Of a DNA stretch of 64,000 bases, positions 29,268 to 42,458 are shown one piece after another. The stretch is from the human T2T-CHM13v2.0 reference genome, Homo sapiens, in the NCBI GenBank assembly GCA_009914755.4, contig CP086569.2:18144001-18208000 (forward strand), written 5' to 3'. Position 1 is the stretch's first letter. The number at the start of each line of letters is the position of its first letter. A model generated the notes under the pieces. It ran no database searches. It was given only the letters and a program-made list of their open reading frames with translations, and was not told the origin of the DNA. Position numbers and translations under genes: made by a program.

Positions 29268-29300
29268 TGATATTTGTTTGTGTGTGTGTGTATGTGTTTG
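29268..29300. repeat. (TG)n dinucleotide repeat
   Basis: tttgtgtgtgtgtgtatgtgtttgtatg. Confidence 0.85.
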
Positions 29301-29952
29301 TATGTTTTGCTTGTGATAGTTGAAACTTGGCTAGGGCAAATATAGTTGAATATACATATGGAGGATTCTCCTTTGCAGACCATTATAAATGAGTGTGACT
29401 GTTGTGTTCTTTCACATTCACACATATACAGAAATGGATGAAAAGAAGACTGGCCATTCTAATATTGAAAACTCCTGTGGAAAGACTTTTTGTTTCAGAT
29501 ATGAAATCAATATGAGTAATTTTGGGGCTTGTAAAAACTCTCTGATCATTGACATGTTTTAATGGTTTTCATTAGCAAATAGCACCAACATATTGAACCT
29601 GAGATTTTACCACCATTTCAGAGGTAATAGGATTAAAAACAGACACCAAGAATAAATTTTTCTTGGTTGAATGCGTAAGAGCTATGGGTGGAAAAACATT
29701 AATAAACTTTAATAAAATAGACTAAAGGTCAGCAGACATGCAGTAATGATAAATATGTCCTTTGTTGAGATGTTGCCTTAGGGTCAAAATAAATCCTGAA
29801 ACAGTAAGATCAGGATAAGCTATTTACGGTACATTTGAATCCAGCCTCTTTACAGAGAAAACAAGTGATAATAACATTTTTGCATTCTAGTTTAGAAGAT
29901 TGGGAAAGAGAAAATGCTTATTTCTGTATTTCCCCCTTGGTAAATATAAATC

Positions 29953-30443
29953 ATTCTATTATAAAGACACATGCACACATATGTTCATTGCAACACTGTT
30001 CACAATAGCAAAGACATGGAATCAAGCTGCTCATCAATGATTGTGTGTAAAGAAAATGTGGTACATATACACCATGATACTATGGCAGCTGTAAAAAATA
30101 ATAAAATCATGTCCTTTGTAGGAACATGGATGGAGCTGGGGGCCATTGTCTTTAGCAAACTAATATAGAAGCAGAGAACCAAATAATACCACAAGTTCTC
30201 ACTTTTAAGTGAAAGCTAAATAATGAGAACACATGAACAACAACTATGTAGAGGGAAATAACACAGACTGGGGACGAATGGAGCATGGAGGGTGAGAGGA
30301 GGGAGAGGATCAGGAAAAATAATTAATGGGTACTAGGCTTCATAATTGGGTGATGAAATAATCTGTACAACAAACCCCCATGACACAGGTTTCCCTATAT
30401 AACAAACCTGCACATGTATCTCTGAACCTAAAAGTTAAAAAAT
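29953..30443 (+). mobile_element. L1 3' end (C-terminal ORF2 remnant and 3'UTR), sense strand, 5'-truncated
   Basis: ataaagacacatgcacacatatgttcattgcaacactgttcacaatagcaaagacatggaatcaa ... gtggtacatatacaccatgatactatggcagctgtaaaaaataataaaatcatgtcctttgtaggaacatggatggagctgg ... ctcacttttaagtgaaagctaaataatgagaacacatg ... cctaaaagttaaaaaat. Confidence 0.9.
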
Positions 30444-32780
30444 ATTTTCCCCTTGCTCAAACAACCCAGTAAATAACTCATTTATTGCAATGGCTGATGT
30501 TAATAAAACAGCTTCATTCCCTTGAAAGATGCAGGCAGACTAAATGGATGGGAGATGGGCCAGTTGCCCAGAAATTGATCCACAGTACACCAACTTGAGT
30601 CTATTTCGATTACAGAAAAAATCAAACATGGCCAAAGTTGCATTATTCCAAAGTGTATTCTAATAGCAAAATAAGGTGGTGGGAGAGCAGGATGAATGTG
30701 ATAATTCAGAAAGAAACATTTTATCATCATGCAGTCATTAATTATGATCACCAAAATCTTTTCTGAACATCTGCTTCCAATTCAGTGCCCAATTTATAGC
30801 TTAAGCCAAAAATTGTATAACCAGAGTGGGCTGCTTGGTTTGGTTTGTACACATAAGCCTTCTGGAAAATATTTTAAAAACTCTTGAAAGCTTGGGCAAA
30901 TTTTGTAGGGAAGAGGTAAGGGCTATTAAAAATTAAATTCTACCTTTTAACCAAAACAAACTTCTTCCATCATCTTATCAGTGTCTGTGGGCCAGGAGCT
31001 TTTTACATAATTTGGCTTGTTTCAGGAAGGATGAGTTAGACTTGTTTTTTGTCTAAAAGTAAGCGTACTGTTTTTGTTTCACATCTATATTTTTTTTTAA
31101 AGAAAAATAACTTTTGGCTTGTATGTTACGGAAATCTGATCTCTAACATGTGGTTCATAAAGGAGGACACTTCAATTGTTTAATAATATATGTCACAGTG
31201 AACTCATACAAGGATCTATTTGAAAACACCCCTGATACTGTATGTGTGGAGTGTGCTGGTGTTTTTGGATGGAAGCAATGCCAGAGGTATTTTATCTACC
31301 AGTATGGGGAAAACACTGATCTAAAACCAGGCAGACTGAAGGCATACTTTCTCACAGCATTTTAAAGGTACACAATTTTTAATGTATACTTTTGAAACTT
31401 GGCTAGGGAAAATAAAGTTGAAGATATGTATGAAGGATTATCCTTTGCAGAATATAATAAATGAGTGTAAAAGGTACACATTTTATAATAAATTATTTGT
31501 TTTAATGTTTTCAAATTTTCTCACATACAGCATCTTGCACTATTATCTCGTGCACATGTTGACCACACGTTGAAGAATTATGACATCCTAATAAGAAAGA
31601 AAGCAGTGAGCAAAGATAGACACTCACTTAGCTATCTAGAGTTTTATTATCCATTCTTATGATCAGACCATGTTAAAAGATGTCTTCCACACCTATATAT
31701 TAACAATCATTTTCTAAAATAATATATTTCCATATTTGCAATGGAAAGCTATTGCAAAGGTATAGAGACAATCTGCACCCACTCTATAGCTCTATGGTTT
31801 CTATTTTTACTTTCTTTTCCACTCTCCCTGTTTTTAACATACCAACTCCTGGAAATATTAATTCTTCATAATCAAAAAAAGTTTAAGCACATAGAATTAA
31901 TGCATATGCTTAAGATTAGAGATTTTCTAGATAAGAGTTCTAGCTATTTAGCAAAGTATGATGTTATCATATTTTTATAAGATAGAGATTAAAATGGCCA
32001 ACCTGAGTGTAACAAAACATATCACAAATAGATTCTCTTATGTCTAACAGGTGGTCCAGCTGCAGATAGTCTTCTGCACATTAAAGGTGATGTATTTAGA
32101 ATGTTAATCTTTCCATGTAAAGTCTCAAACCTGTTTCAGGAACATGGACAGGGATCATTTTCAGCTTCAAGAATAAAATGTATGATAAAATATCTGTTAA
32201 TTTCCATAATTCATCATACTGGAGGGTTATTGTGTTTCCATAACTGATTATACTATGAAGCCACAAGAGAATGGTTTCCAGTGTTTAAATGTTAACTATT
32301 GGAAAAGCAGAATGCTGTCACTAAGAATGGGTTAAAAAATGATCCCCAGACAACAATAATCTTTAGGTGCTTCACTAATAATTTGACTACGTGAACTGAC
32401 ATTTTGATGTTAAGAAAAATAGGAAGCTAGCATTATTTTCATACTCTGCAGATCAGTGATGCCTTCTTGACATGTCAAAACCTTAACCACTGGTGGTAAA
32501 GTGATTATTGATGATTGATGATTGATCAGAAACTTCCTGGGGAGATATATCATGGGTGATGAGATCATTTGTCCTTCAATGATGTTTCTTTGAATAAGTG
32601 GCTTTTATTAAAAAGCTCAAGATGATAAGCCTTTTCATAATTCTCAGGACAACCAGTTTCATTGAAAATTGATAGACCTTGTTTGGTATTCATGATGTTA
32701 TTATTATTTACTACTAAAGAGTAGTTTTAGCCTCACAGCAAAAATTGAGTGGAAAATACAAAGATTTCTCACATATGGCT

Positions 32781-32970
32781 TATTTTGTTTTGTTATTGTT
32801 TTGAGACAGGTCTCACTACCACTCACGCTGCAGTGCAGTGGCACAATCACGGTTCACAGCAGCCTCTACCTCCCGGCCTCAGGTGATCCTCCTGCCTCAG
32901 CCTCCCAAGTAGTTAGGACTACAGGTACATGCCACCACGCTTAGCTGATTATTATTATTATTATTATTAC

Positions 32971-33004
<34 letters not shown>

Positions 33005-33125
33005 TGGAGAGACAGGGTTTTGCCTTATTGGCCATGGCTGGTCTGGAACTCCTGGGCTGTAGCCATCCACCCCTCCCAATCTCCCAAAGTTCTTAGATTA
33101 CAGGCATGAGGTACCCTGTCTGGCC
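32781..33125 (-). mobile_element. Alu, antisense, with its middle A-rich linker expanded into an (ATT)n microsatellite at 32949-33004
   Basis: gagacaggtctcactaccactcacgctgcagtgcagtggcacaatcacggttcacagcagcctctacctcccggcctcaggtgatcctcctgcctcagcctcccaagtagttaggactacaggtacatgccaccacgcttagctgatt (att)n ggagagacagggttttgccttattggccatggctggtctggaactcctgggc ... ggtaccctgtctggcc. Confidence 0.9.
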
Positions 33126-33194
33126 ACCTATACCTCTCTTAACCCCGTATATGTGCAACCTCCTTCATTGTCAACATCTCCCACCAGAGTGGTA

Positions 33195-33472
33195 CATTTT
33201 TTTTTCTTTTTTTGAGACAGATTCTCACTCTGTTGCCAGGCTGGAGTTCACTATCGCAGCTCACTTCCATCTCCACCTCCTGGCTTCAACTGATTCTCCT
33301 GCCTCAGCCTCCCAAGTAGGTGGGATTATAGGTGTGCCCCACCACAACTGGCTAATTTTTGTATTTTTAGTAGGGACAGAGTTTCACCATGTTGGCCAGG
33401 ATGGTCTCAATTTCCTGACCTCGTGATCAAAAGTCCTCAGCCTCCCTAAGTGCTAGGATTACACACCCAGCC
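33195..33472 (-). mobile_element. Alu, antisense, flanked by a 14-bp target-site duplication cagagtggtacatt
   Basis: tttttttctttttttgagacagattctcactctgttgccaggctggagttcactatcgcagctcacttccatctccacctcctggcttcaactgattctcctgcctcagcctcccaagtaggtgggattataggtgtgccccaccacaactggctaatttttgtatttttagtagggacagagtttcaccatgttggccaggatggtctcaatttcctgacctcgtgatcaaaagtcctcagcctccctaagtgctaggattacacacccagcc. The target-site duplication sits at about 33181 and about 33474. Confidence 0.9.
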
Positions 33473-35649
33473 CCAGAGTGGTACATTATTTACAACTGAT
33501 GGGCCCACATGGGAACATCATTATTATCTAAAGTCCATAGTAGTTTATAGTAGGATTCATTATTAGTGTTGCACATTCTGTAGGTTTGGATAGATGTAAA
33601 ATTGCATGTACTCTTCATTATAGCATGACACAGAATAGTTTCACTGCCCTAAAAATCCTGCTATCCACCTATTCATCCCTTCCTCCTGCCAATTCCTGGG
33701 AAGCACAGATCATTTTACTATCTTCATAGTTCTCCAGAATGTTCCTATACAGTATGCAGCCTTTTCAGAGTGGCTTCCTTTATTAGTAATATGCATTTTA
33801 GTTTCTTTTGTGTCTCTTAAGGCTTTGTAGCTCATTTCTTTTTGGTGTTGTATTCCATTGTTGGATGCACTAGTTTGTCTATGAATTTACTTTTTGAAGG
33901 ACATTGAGGATGCAAATTCCATTTTAAGGTAGATAAAATTTGCACTATATTCCCTGGAGCTTGTGTACGCTTGCCTATTCCTTCTTTCATTGTTCTGCTG
34001 CTCAGAAAAATTTGAAACTCATAATGATCTTTTGGTTTCCTTTCCTGGTTATAAAGATATAAATCTGAAGCTTAAAAAAAGAGGCTGTTTTTAGCCATCT
34101 TAATAATGAGTGTTCAATGATGTCAGTCAACTGTGATTCAAGACCTGAGTAAATTCTCAGTTCTTATGAGGAGTCTGCTGTTCAGCACATTAGAATCTCT
34201 TCAAAAGAGTGAGAATTACAGTTATGCAGCTTTGAAAAGGAAATCAGTTAGGTATTATTATCATTATTGAATGCTTTACAGATTGTCCTTGATGACGTGA
34301 TTTTTGTCCATGCCTCAAAGAGTAAACTGTTAAGCAGGGACAAAATATAGTCTGTATGAATGGAAACCTATGATTAGCAATTCTGAATTTTTATGCCAAT
34401 TTTAGAAATGTCTGCTAAGGAAGAAAATGGACTTAAGTTAGCACCAGTAGCACGGAAGTGGCTTTCTCAATTGCCAAGCTTTGGGAATAGAAAAATACAT
34501 AACACAGAGATAAAAATATTTATGTATATTCATAAAACAATGGAGGTGCTGTCATCATTCACAGCCACAGGAAAAGGTTAGCAGCTCAAGCAGAATAAGT
34601 AAGAAAAGAGCATTATAGCCAGTCCCGGCTTAATGAATGTAAGAGATGAAGCTACTCAATCATAATATTTGACCGCTATACCTGGATTCCCTATATTAAA
34701 AAGGCATTTATCTAATGATCCATTTTAGACTATTAGACTATTTAGAAACTGAGAATGGTGTTGTTGATGGAAAGAAGATGAAAAAATATCTAAGAAGCAG
34801 TATTTCCTCACTGTAATAAACCTCAATGAAGGATCGATCTTACAAAGAAAATTGTTAGTTTTGCATTTTGCACCACGCTGTCAAGTTCAGCTATAGGCAG
34901 GATAATTTAGCCAAATATCCAGCACTCAAAGTTAATGAACTCAGAACATTTTTTCTTTTATCAAGTGATTTTCACGCAAATAACCGTTTGGTGATTAAAA
35001 GAAAATTTTTTATTATTAAACACATGAGGGAATTATTCTGAGAAAATCCGTTACACAATTGATACCTTACTCTAGAATGTATCAATATGTCTGATTAAAA
35101 TAATCGGTTGAAATTATTAAAATAATTTTGTTCTTTTTCTACCACCATGGGGAAGAGAGAACAGATTTTATCAACCAAACTAGTTCATGAGATCTGTAGC
35201 TTTTGTTGGACTATTAAGTGATCCTGAGGAACATATTAAGTCCAGAATGTTTTTGCAGCAACACTCTTCAAGTAATAAAAAAAGAGAAAGGGAGGCGGTA
35301 AAATACAAGGAAGGGTAAAAATTAGACATCTAGAATTAGGCTAACAATTTTGAACAGTGCTTGTGTTTGAGTATCTGTTGTTTGATGCCTACATACAGGT
35401 TAAACATCGAATTTTTGGAGGCTGTGTTTGAAACACATGCAAATCTGCAGCAATGCACAGAAACAACTATCCACTGTCAGGTCTAAATGAGAACCCTTCT
35501 AGTGGCATCAGCTAAAAATATGAAATAACTACTCCCATTATGCTCATGTACTTGATGTAAGACTGTGAACCTTCTTGGATATTATATATGTTCACACCAC
35601 ACATAAACACATACACACACACATACAACATACAATTACTTAGTATAAC

Positions 35650-38600
35650 AACATATATCATTATATAATATGTCAAATACGCTCTAGTAACGTATTTATG
35701 TTTATAATTTGATATATTTACACATTTATATTTATATAAATGTAAAAGTAAATATGATATATAAATTTTAATTTTTATATGTATATATATTTATATAGGT
35801 ATACTTATATATACTTATATATGTATACTTATATATTTATATGTAATTTATATTTTTACATATGTATACTTACACAATATTTACATATGTATACTTATAT
35901 GTAAATATTATATTAGATACAAGTAAATATATAAATATGTAATTAATGTAATGTTAAAATAATATATAAACATATTTATATTACTCATATATAATAAAAA
36001 CACATTATAATGTGTATATATAATATATGCATACTTAGATATAAAGCTTATGATATATAAATGAATATAAAATATAAAAGCAGATAAAAATAAATATAAT
36101 ACAAAAATGTTATATTTATACTAATATAAATATTATATTTATACTAATACAAATTTTGTATTTATATTAATATAAATATACTATGTATTTATATTAATAT
36201 ACTATAAATATACTATAAATTTATATTGTATAAATATAAATATATTTATACAATATAAATATTGTTTTCATATTAATATAAATATTGCATTTATGTTAAT
36301 ATAAATATTATATTTATATTAATATAATATAGCATATAAGTATATATAAGTAGAAATACATATACTTATATATGCATATATACTTATATATGTATAAATA
36401 TGAATATTTATATATACTTTATATTTTTATATATGTATACTTACACAATATTACATACGTATACTTATAAGTAAATATTATATTATACACAAGTAAATAA
36501 ATAAATATGTAATTAATGTAATGCTAATATAATATAAAAATATAATCATATTTATATTAATATAAATATAATTTATATAAATTATATAATATATTATATA
36601 AATTACATAACACATTATATACATTATATACATTATCTAAAACATATACATTATACACATTATATAATACATCATATACATTATATACTTATATAATACA
36701 TCATATACATTATACACATTATATGTCATATACATTATATACGCTATGTAATATATCACATACATTATATACGCTATGTAATATGTCATATACATTATAT
36801 ACGCTATGTAATATGTCATATACATTATATACGCTATGTAATATGTCATATACATTATATACGCTATGTAATATGTTGTATACATTATACGCTATGTAAT
36901 ATGTTATATACATTATATATTATATAATATGTTACATATTACATATAATTTATATAATATATGTGATATATAATAATATAATAATATACAATATTATTAT
37001 AATATACAAAATACATTATAATATATAATACTATATTATATATTATATAATATTATATATTATATATTACATTAGTATATATTATGTATTATATATTATA
37101 TATAATGCATTATAATATATCATATTATAACAATATTATATATAATATACTATATATAATACATAATATAATTATATGTAGTATATATTATATAATATAT
37201 TATATATGTATAATATAAATTATATATCATATACATTATATAATATATAATATATATTAAAAATATATAATATACAAGATTATATATAAATTATGTAATA
37301 TATAATCTGAATATATGTATTATATATTATATATACTCATATGAAATTATATACAATATACAGAATTATATTATATAATATATTATGTTATATATTATAT
37401 ATGTATAATATATAATATATAATTATATAAAATTATATTATATACTATATAATTAATATATAGTATATTATTTATAATATATAATATATAATGTATTTAA
37501 TATATAATATATAATATACAATAATATATTATATATAATATATTTTATATATAATATGTTATATAGAATATATGCAATATAAATATTTATATATTATGTA
37601 TTATATATAATATATTATATATATTATGTATTATATATAATATAATATTATATATATTATATATATAATATAATATATTATATATAATATGATACAAATA
37701 ATATTATATAACATATATTATATATGATAATATATACTATATAATATAAAAAATTAGGTATAATATATGTATAATTATATATAATATGTAATATATTATA
37801 TAGTTATATATTATATATTATATAGTTATTATGTATAATGCATATAATATAATATATAATATAAAATTTATATATTATAAAATATAATAATTATATCTTA
37901 TATATAATTATTATATCCTATATATAATATAAGATATGTTTTATATATTGTTATATAGTTTATATAAATCATGTATTAGTTATTTATATATAATTATATA
38001 TCCTATATAATTATACATAGATTATATATTATATATAATTATAAATATTTAAATATAAATATAAATTATATATAATATAAATATATAATTATATAAATTA
38101 TGTACAATATATAATTTATATAATATATAAATATGTAACTATATAATGTAATGTTACATTATATGACATATATGTAATATAGTTACAACAATTAATATAA
38201 TGCAATGTTATAAATTATATATATTTAATTTATGTAATATATAAATATGTAATAATATAATGTAATAATGTAATATTATGTTACATTATATTACATTATA
38301 TTACATTATATGACATATTATATAATGTTATATTACATATAATATATTAATATAATATATAAATATAATATTTATATTATTCCCATATACAAATACAGAT
38401 TATGATGTGTATATGAATTATATGTGCATACCTAGCTATATTATAATATATAAGTATAAAAAATAAAAGTAGATAAAGATAAATATAATACATAAATGTT
38501 CATTTATATTAATATAAATATTATATATAATATAGAAGTAAACAAATAGTACATACACACGTTACCTATATTTATATTACTGTATTATATGAATATTTAT

Positions 38601-38960
38601 ATTCGTATTTATATGGAAGAATGCATATAATACACATACATATTGTATTATATATAGTATTTGTATTAATATATGTTAGCAATACATGATATATTATTCT
38701 ATATATCTATACACGTTAAAATTGTATATGTATTTAACATACATATATGATATTTAAATACATATTTTATAATATATTTTTGTTATATGTTATATATAAT
38801 CATCACAGATTATATAAGTTTTATATAGATAATATATTTTATACTATAATTGATTTTACATTTTATAGTATAATATTTTATAATGTACATTATATTTAAT
38901 ACATATATCATAGATTATACTACTTATGATAACATGTAATATGAGGTTATATGTAATTGT
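35650..38960. repeat. About 3.3-kb AT-rich (>85% A+T) complex simple-repeat/minisatellite block, (TA)n-derived (TATATAA, TATATG and TACATTATA variants), with internal higher-order duplications
   Basis: Read directly. Duplicated sub-blocks include about 35830-35960 ~ 36420-36550 and about 36000-36130 ~ 38400-38530. All ORFs in this block are repeat translations. Confidence 0.9.
36700..36900. repeat. Tandem array of a 30-bp minisatellite unit atatgtcatatacattatatacgctatgta, about 6.5 copies that are nearly identical
   Basis: Lines 36721-36900 show the unit repeated head-to-tail with only 1-2 substitutions. Confidence 0.95.
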
Positions 38961-39369
38961 AATCTCTCAGATATAATTATATTTATATATTACTCTTAAA
39001 GTAATACCATCATGTTTTAATTAATAGAATTTTCTTTCAGTGTTACATCATTCACCAAACTACTATTTTTTATAAAAATTGTGTAATCCGCAAGTTATTC
39101 ATAATCAGTTTTGTGCAGGTTATTTATTCATGAATATTATATACTTATTTTTGCACTGGTATATTTCTATCATCTCTACTGGAATTATTCATTATATTAA
39201 GCACTTGAAAGATGCAAAGAAAGCTTTATGCTAAGTGAAATTAGCCAATTGCAAAAGACAGTCTGTGAGATTCTAGTGATATGAAATTGACATGGAATAC
39301 CTAGAATATGAAATTCCATTGATATGAATTGTCAATCAGTTGTGACAGGAAGGAGATCACTGTTTGCTA

Positions 39370-39560
39370 GTTGAGTGCAGAGGAATGAAGAGTAGCTGCT
39401 AGTAAGTGCAGGGTTTCTTTTGGGGGTGATGAAAATGTTGCGGAACAGATAGTGTTGATGGTTGCACTCCCCTGTGAATATACTAAGAAAACAATAGTAC
39501 ACACTAAAGTATAAACTTTATAACACGTAACTACGTTAAAGCTGATAACATAATAGGATT
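39370..39560 (+). mobile_element. Probable ancient L1 (L1M-type) extreme 3'-end remnant
   Basis: gggggtgatgaaaatgttgcggaacagatagtgttgatggttgcactcccctgtgaatatactaagaaaacaatagtacacactaaagtataaactttataac resembles L1MB/L1MC 3' termini (ggtgatggttgcacaac..tgtgaatgtact...ccactgaattgtacact). Confidence 0.45.
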
Positions 39561-39598
39561 TTTAGCCATGGTGCCAGGATTTTAGCCATGGTGCCAAT
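39558..39598. repeat. 20-bp tandem duplication (attttagccatggtgcca)x2
   Basis: ggatttttagccatggtgccaggattttagccatggtgccaatg. Confidence 0.85.
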
Positions 39599-40074
39599 GT
39601 GTTCAAATGGTCCTATTTAGTGGGTAGCCATCAAACAGCAAAGCCTGCCTCTGAGCAAAAAACCTTCCAGAGCCACCCTATGTCTTTACTACTCAAAGTG
39701 TGGTTCTGGAATCAGCAACAGCAGCCATTGCTGGGGGTGGATTTCATTGCCAAACCTCAGGCCCTGAGTCAGAATCTGCTTTTCTGCATGACCTCAAAGG
39801 AGTGGTAGGCACATTCATGCTAACACTTGGGAAGCACTGAGAGATACCCCATGTCATCCAAGAATCATTTTGAACTGACTGCACTGCTCCTTCTAATGAG
39901 AACTCACTTGCTTTAGGCAGAAGTTTGACCTCAATTAATTTCCTATAGAAACAGGACAGTAGAGCCTGTCTTTTGCCTTCAGATCCCAGGCCACTTCTCT
40001 GTGTCACATTTCCACAGCTCAGTTCACCAAGAGGTGGTAGGTGGGCAATGGAGTAGTGAAATAAATCTTATACA

Positions 40075-40362
40075 TGCCTGTAATCCCAGCACTTTGGGAG
40101 GCCAAGGCGGGTGGGTCACAAGGTCAGTAGATTGAGACCATCCTGGCTAACACAGTGAAGCCCTGTCTCTACTAAAAATACAAAAAATTAGTTGGGCGTG
40201 GTGGTGGGCGCCTGTAGTCCCAGCTGTTCAGGAAGCTGAGGCAGGAGAATGGCGTGAAGCCGGGAGGCAGAGCTTACAGTGAGCCGAGATCGCCCACTGC
40301 ACTCCAGCCTGGTCCACAGAGTGAGACTCGGTCTAAAAAAAAAAAAAAAAAGAAAAGAAAAG
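40075..40362 (+). mobile_element. Young Alu (AluY/Sx-like) lacking its first ~20 bp, with a long A tail
   Basis: cctgtaatcccagcactttgggaggccaaggcgggtgggtcacaaggtcag ... gcgtgaagccgggaggcagagcttacagtgagccgagatcgcccactgcactccagcctggtccacagagtgagactcggtctaaaaaaaaaaaaaaaa. CpG dinucleotides are retained. Confidence 0.9.
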
Positions 40363-40464
40363 TCTTACTATCCTATAGATGCTATAGGTACTACTTTCCT
40401 ATAAAAATGTAATGTTACCCATATAGCAGTTTGTGTAGCCACATTTACTGTTAGAAATATGTGT

Positions 40465-40890
40465 CTTAAACAATTGCCCATCAGTCAAAAAATGGAGAAA
40501 GAAACTTTGGTTTATATATCCAATGGAATACTACTCAGCCATAAAAAGAAATGATTTAATGGCATTCGCAGAACCCTGGATGGAACTGGAGACTTTTATT
40601 CTAAGTGAAGTGACTCAAGAATGAAAAACCAAACATTGTATGTTCTCACTCATAAGTGGGAGATAAGCTATGAGGATGCAAAGGCATAAGAATGATACAG
40701 TGGACTTTAGTGGCTGGGGAGAAAGGGTAGGAGGGAAGTGAGGAATAAAAGACTACAAATTTAGTTCAGTGTATACTGCTCAGGTGATGGGTGCACCAAT
40801 ATCTCACAAATCACCACTAAACAATTTACGCATGTAACCAAATACCACCTGTTCCCCAAAACACACACGGAAATAAAAAAATTTAAATAA
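40465..40890 (+). mobile_element. L1 (L1PB/L1MA-type) 3' end, sense strand
   Basis: caattgcccatcagtc..aatggagaaagaaactttggtttatatatccaatggaatactactcagccataaaaagaaatgatttaatggcattcgcagaaccctggatggaactggagac ... ttctcactcataagtgggagataagctatgaggatgcaaaggcataagaatgatacagtggactttag ... atgggtgcaccaatatctcacaaatcaccactaaacaatttacgcatgtaaccaaatacc. Confidence 0.9.
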
Positions 40891-41704
40891 AGAAACATGT
40901 GTTTTAAGAAACACGATCATGGGAAAATTATTAAGAAAAGAGCTACCCAAAAGAAATTGAAATATATGCTTTAATAAATGTTATCAATTTTAGAGGCTTC
41001 AGAATATAGACAAGCCTGAACTTAAATGGGAATAAAATAATATTGGGACTTGTTAATGGTCTCTATCTTGTGTGCATATGGGAATTTGGTAGTGTTCGAT
41101 ATGAATCACCCTCCATTACTCAGGGTTCTGCAGAACTGAGACAATGCCTGTGGACTTCCTTCATTCAAAATATCTTTAACCAAAAGAAAACAAACAAACA
41201 AAAATCTAGGATGTGTAAAGACGCTCCATAAATTACATTACTACCTGAAAATGGCGCATATTGGTTTAAAAGGACTATTTCATGTTGAAGTTACTGTTTC
41301 TTTATGGAAAATGCTTTACAAGATGATGTTATGTTGAACTTTTAAATTTTCCTGCTTATCCCACTAAAACTAGACTCTGACAGTCTTATTTTGAATATTT
41401 GTTAATATGAAGCATGAATTGCTGTCTTATAATGTATTTTCTTAGAAGTATGTGTTCTCGTTTCTCAATTTGTTGTCCTTCTATTTGTTATTTATCTTTC
41501 TCAGATAATCTGTTTACTGGCCTTTACAAATAAGAAAACAAAATTAAATAGAGTGAGAAAAAATAATAATGCATATAAAATCACTGCTACTTAACCACCG
41601 TTTCTTCAATCTGGAACTATTCACTTAGTTGACTTTTCCACCATGCACCCAAATCCCTTCATCCTAAGTGTTTCCTCTGCCATTATTTAATTCACGTTAT
41701 TCTC

Positions 41705-42013
41705 TTTTTTTTTTTCTTTTTTTTTTTTTTTTTGAGACAGAATGTCACTCTGTCTCCCAGGCTGGAATATAGTGAGTGGTGTGATCTTGGCTTACTGCAT
41801 CCTCCACCTACCCGGTTCAAGTGATTCTCCTGCCTCAGCCTCCTGAGCAGCTGGGATTACAGGCACGTGCTACCACACCAGGGTAAATTTTGTATTTTTA
41901 GTAGACACTGGATTTCACCATGTTGGTCAGGCTGGTCTTGAACTCCTGACCTCATCACCTGCCTCAACCTCTCAAAGTGCTAGGATTATAGGCATGAGCC
42001 ACTGCAACTGGCC
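41705..42013 (-). mobile_element. Alu, antisense, with a long poly-T
   Basis: A T-run of about 30, then gagacagaatgtcactctgtctcccaggctggaatatagtgagtggtgtgatcttggcttactgcatcctccacctacccggttcaagtgattctcctgcctcagcctcctgagcagctgggattacaggcacgtgctaccacaccagg ... ggcatgagccactgcaactggcc. Confidence 0.9.
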
Positions 42014-42332
42014 AATCCATGTTATTCTTAAGACCTGTTTCCAGTTTTCCAAATGGCTTTATAAAATTACTCTCACATATATTATTCTTATAAACTTTAA
42101 TTTTTAACAAGTACCAGTTTACCTATTCCTAAATATAGTAAATGTATATTCCTTTTGCTGCATTCAAATATTGAGAGTATCCAAATGCTCTGGTTGATAA
42201 AGTGCTCCATGACGTGTTGTCATCTCATCCATTCAAGCTTTTAGAAATACTAATTGAGAACATACTGGCTAGGATGTCTGTTCCGTTCTGAGAAAAGAGA
42301 CATGAATATAAAAGGCATAATTTTTTTTTTTT

Positions 42333-42458
42333 TTGAGGCAAAATCTCACTTCATCACCCAGGCCGGAGTGTGGTGGCACAAGCTTGGCTCACTGCAACAT
42401 CTACCTCCCAGGTTCAAGAAATTCTCATGCCTCAGCTTTCTGAGTAGCTGAGATTACA
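42333..42458 (-). mobile_element. 5'-truncated Alu, right monomer only, antisense
   Basis: tttttttttttttgaggcaaaatctcacttcatcacccaggccggagtgtggtggcacaagcttggctcactgcaacatctacctcccaggttcaagaaattctcatgcctcagctttctgagtagctgagattacag. Confidence 0.8.

Noticed and set aside
36700-36900. Regularly spaced 30-bp direct repeats considered as a CRISPR-like array
   Set aside because: The units are contiguous head-to-tail with no unique spacers. They are AT-rich and non-palindromic, and the genome is eukaryotic. This is a minisatellite
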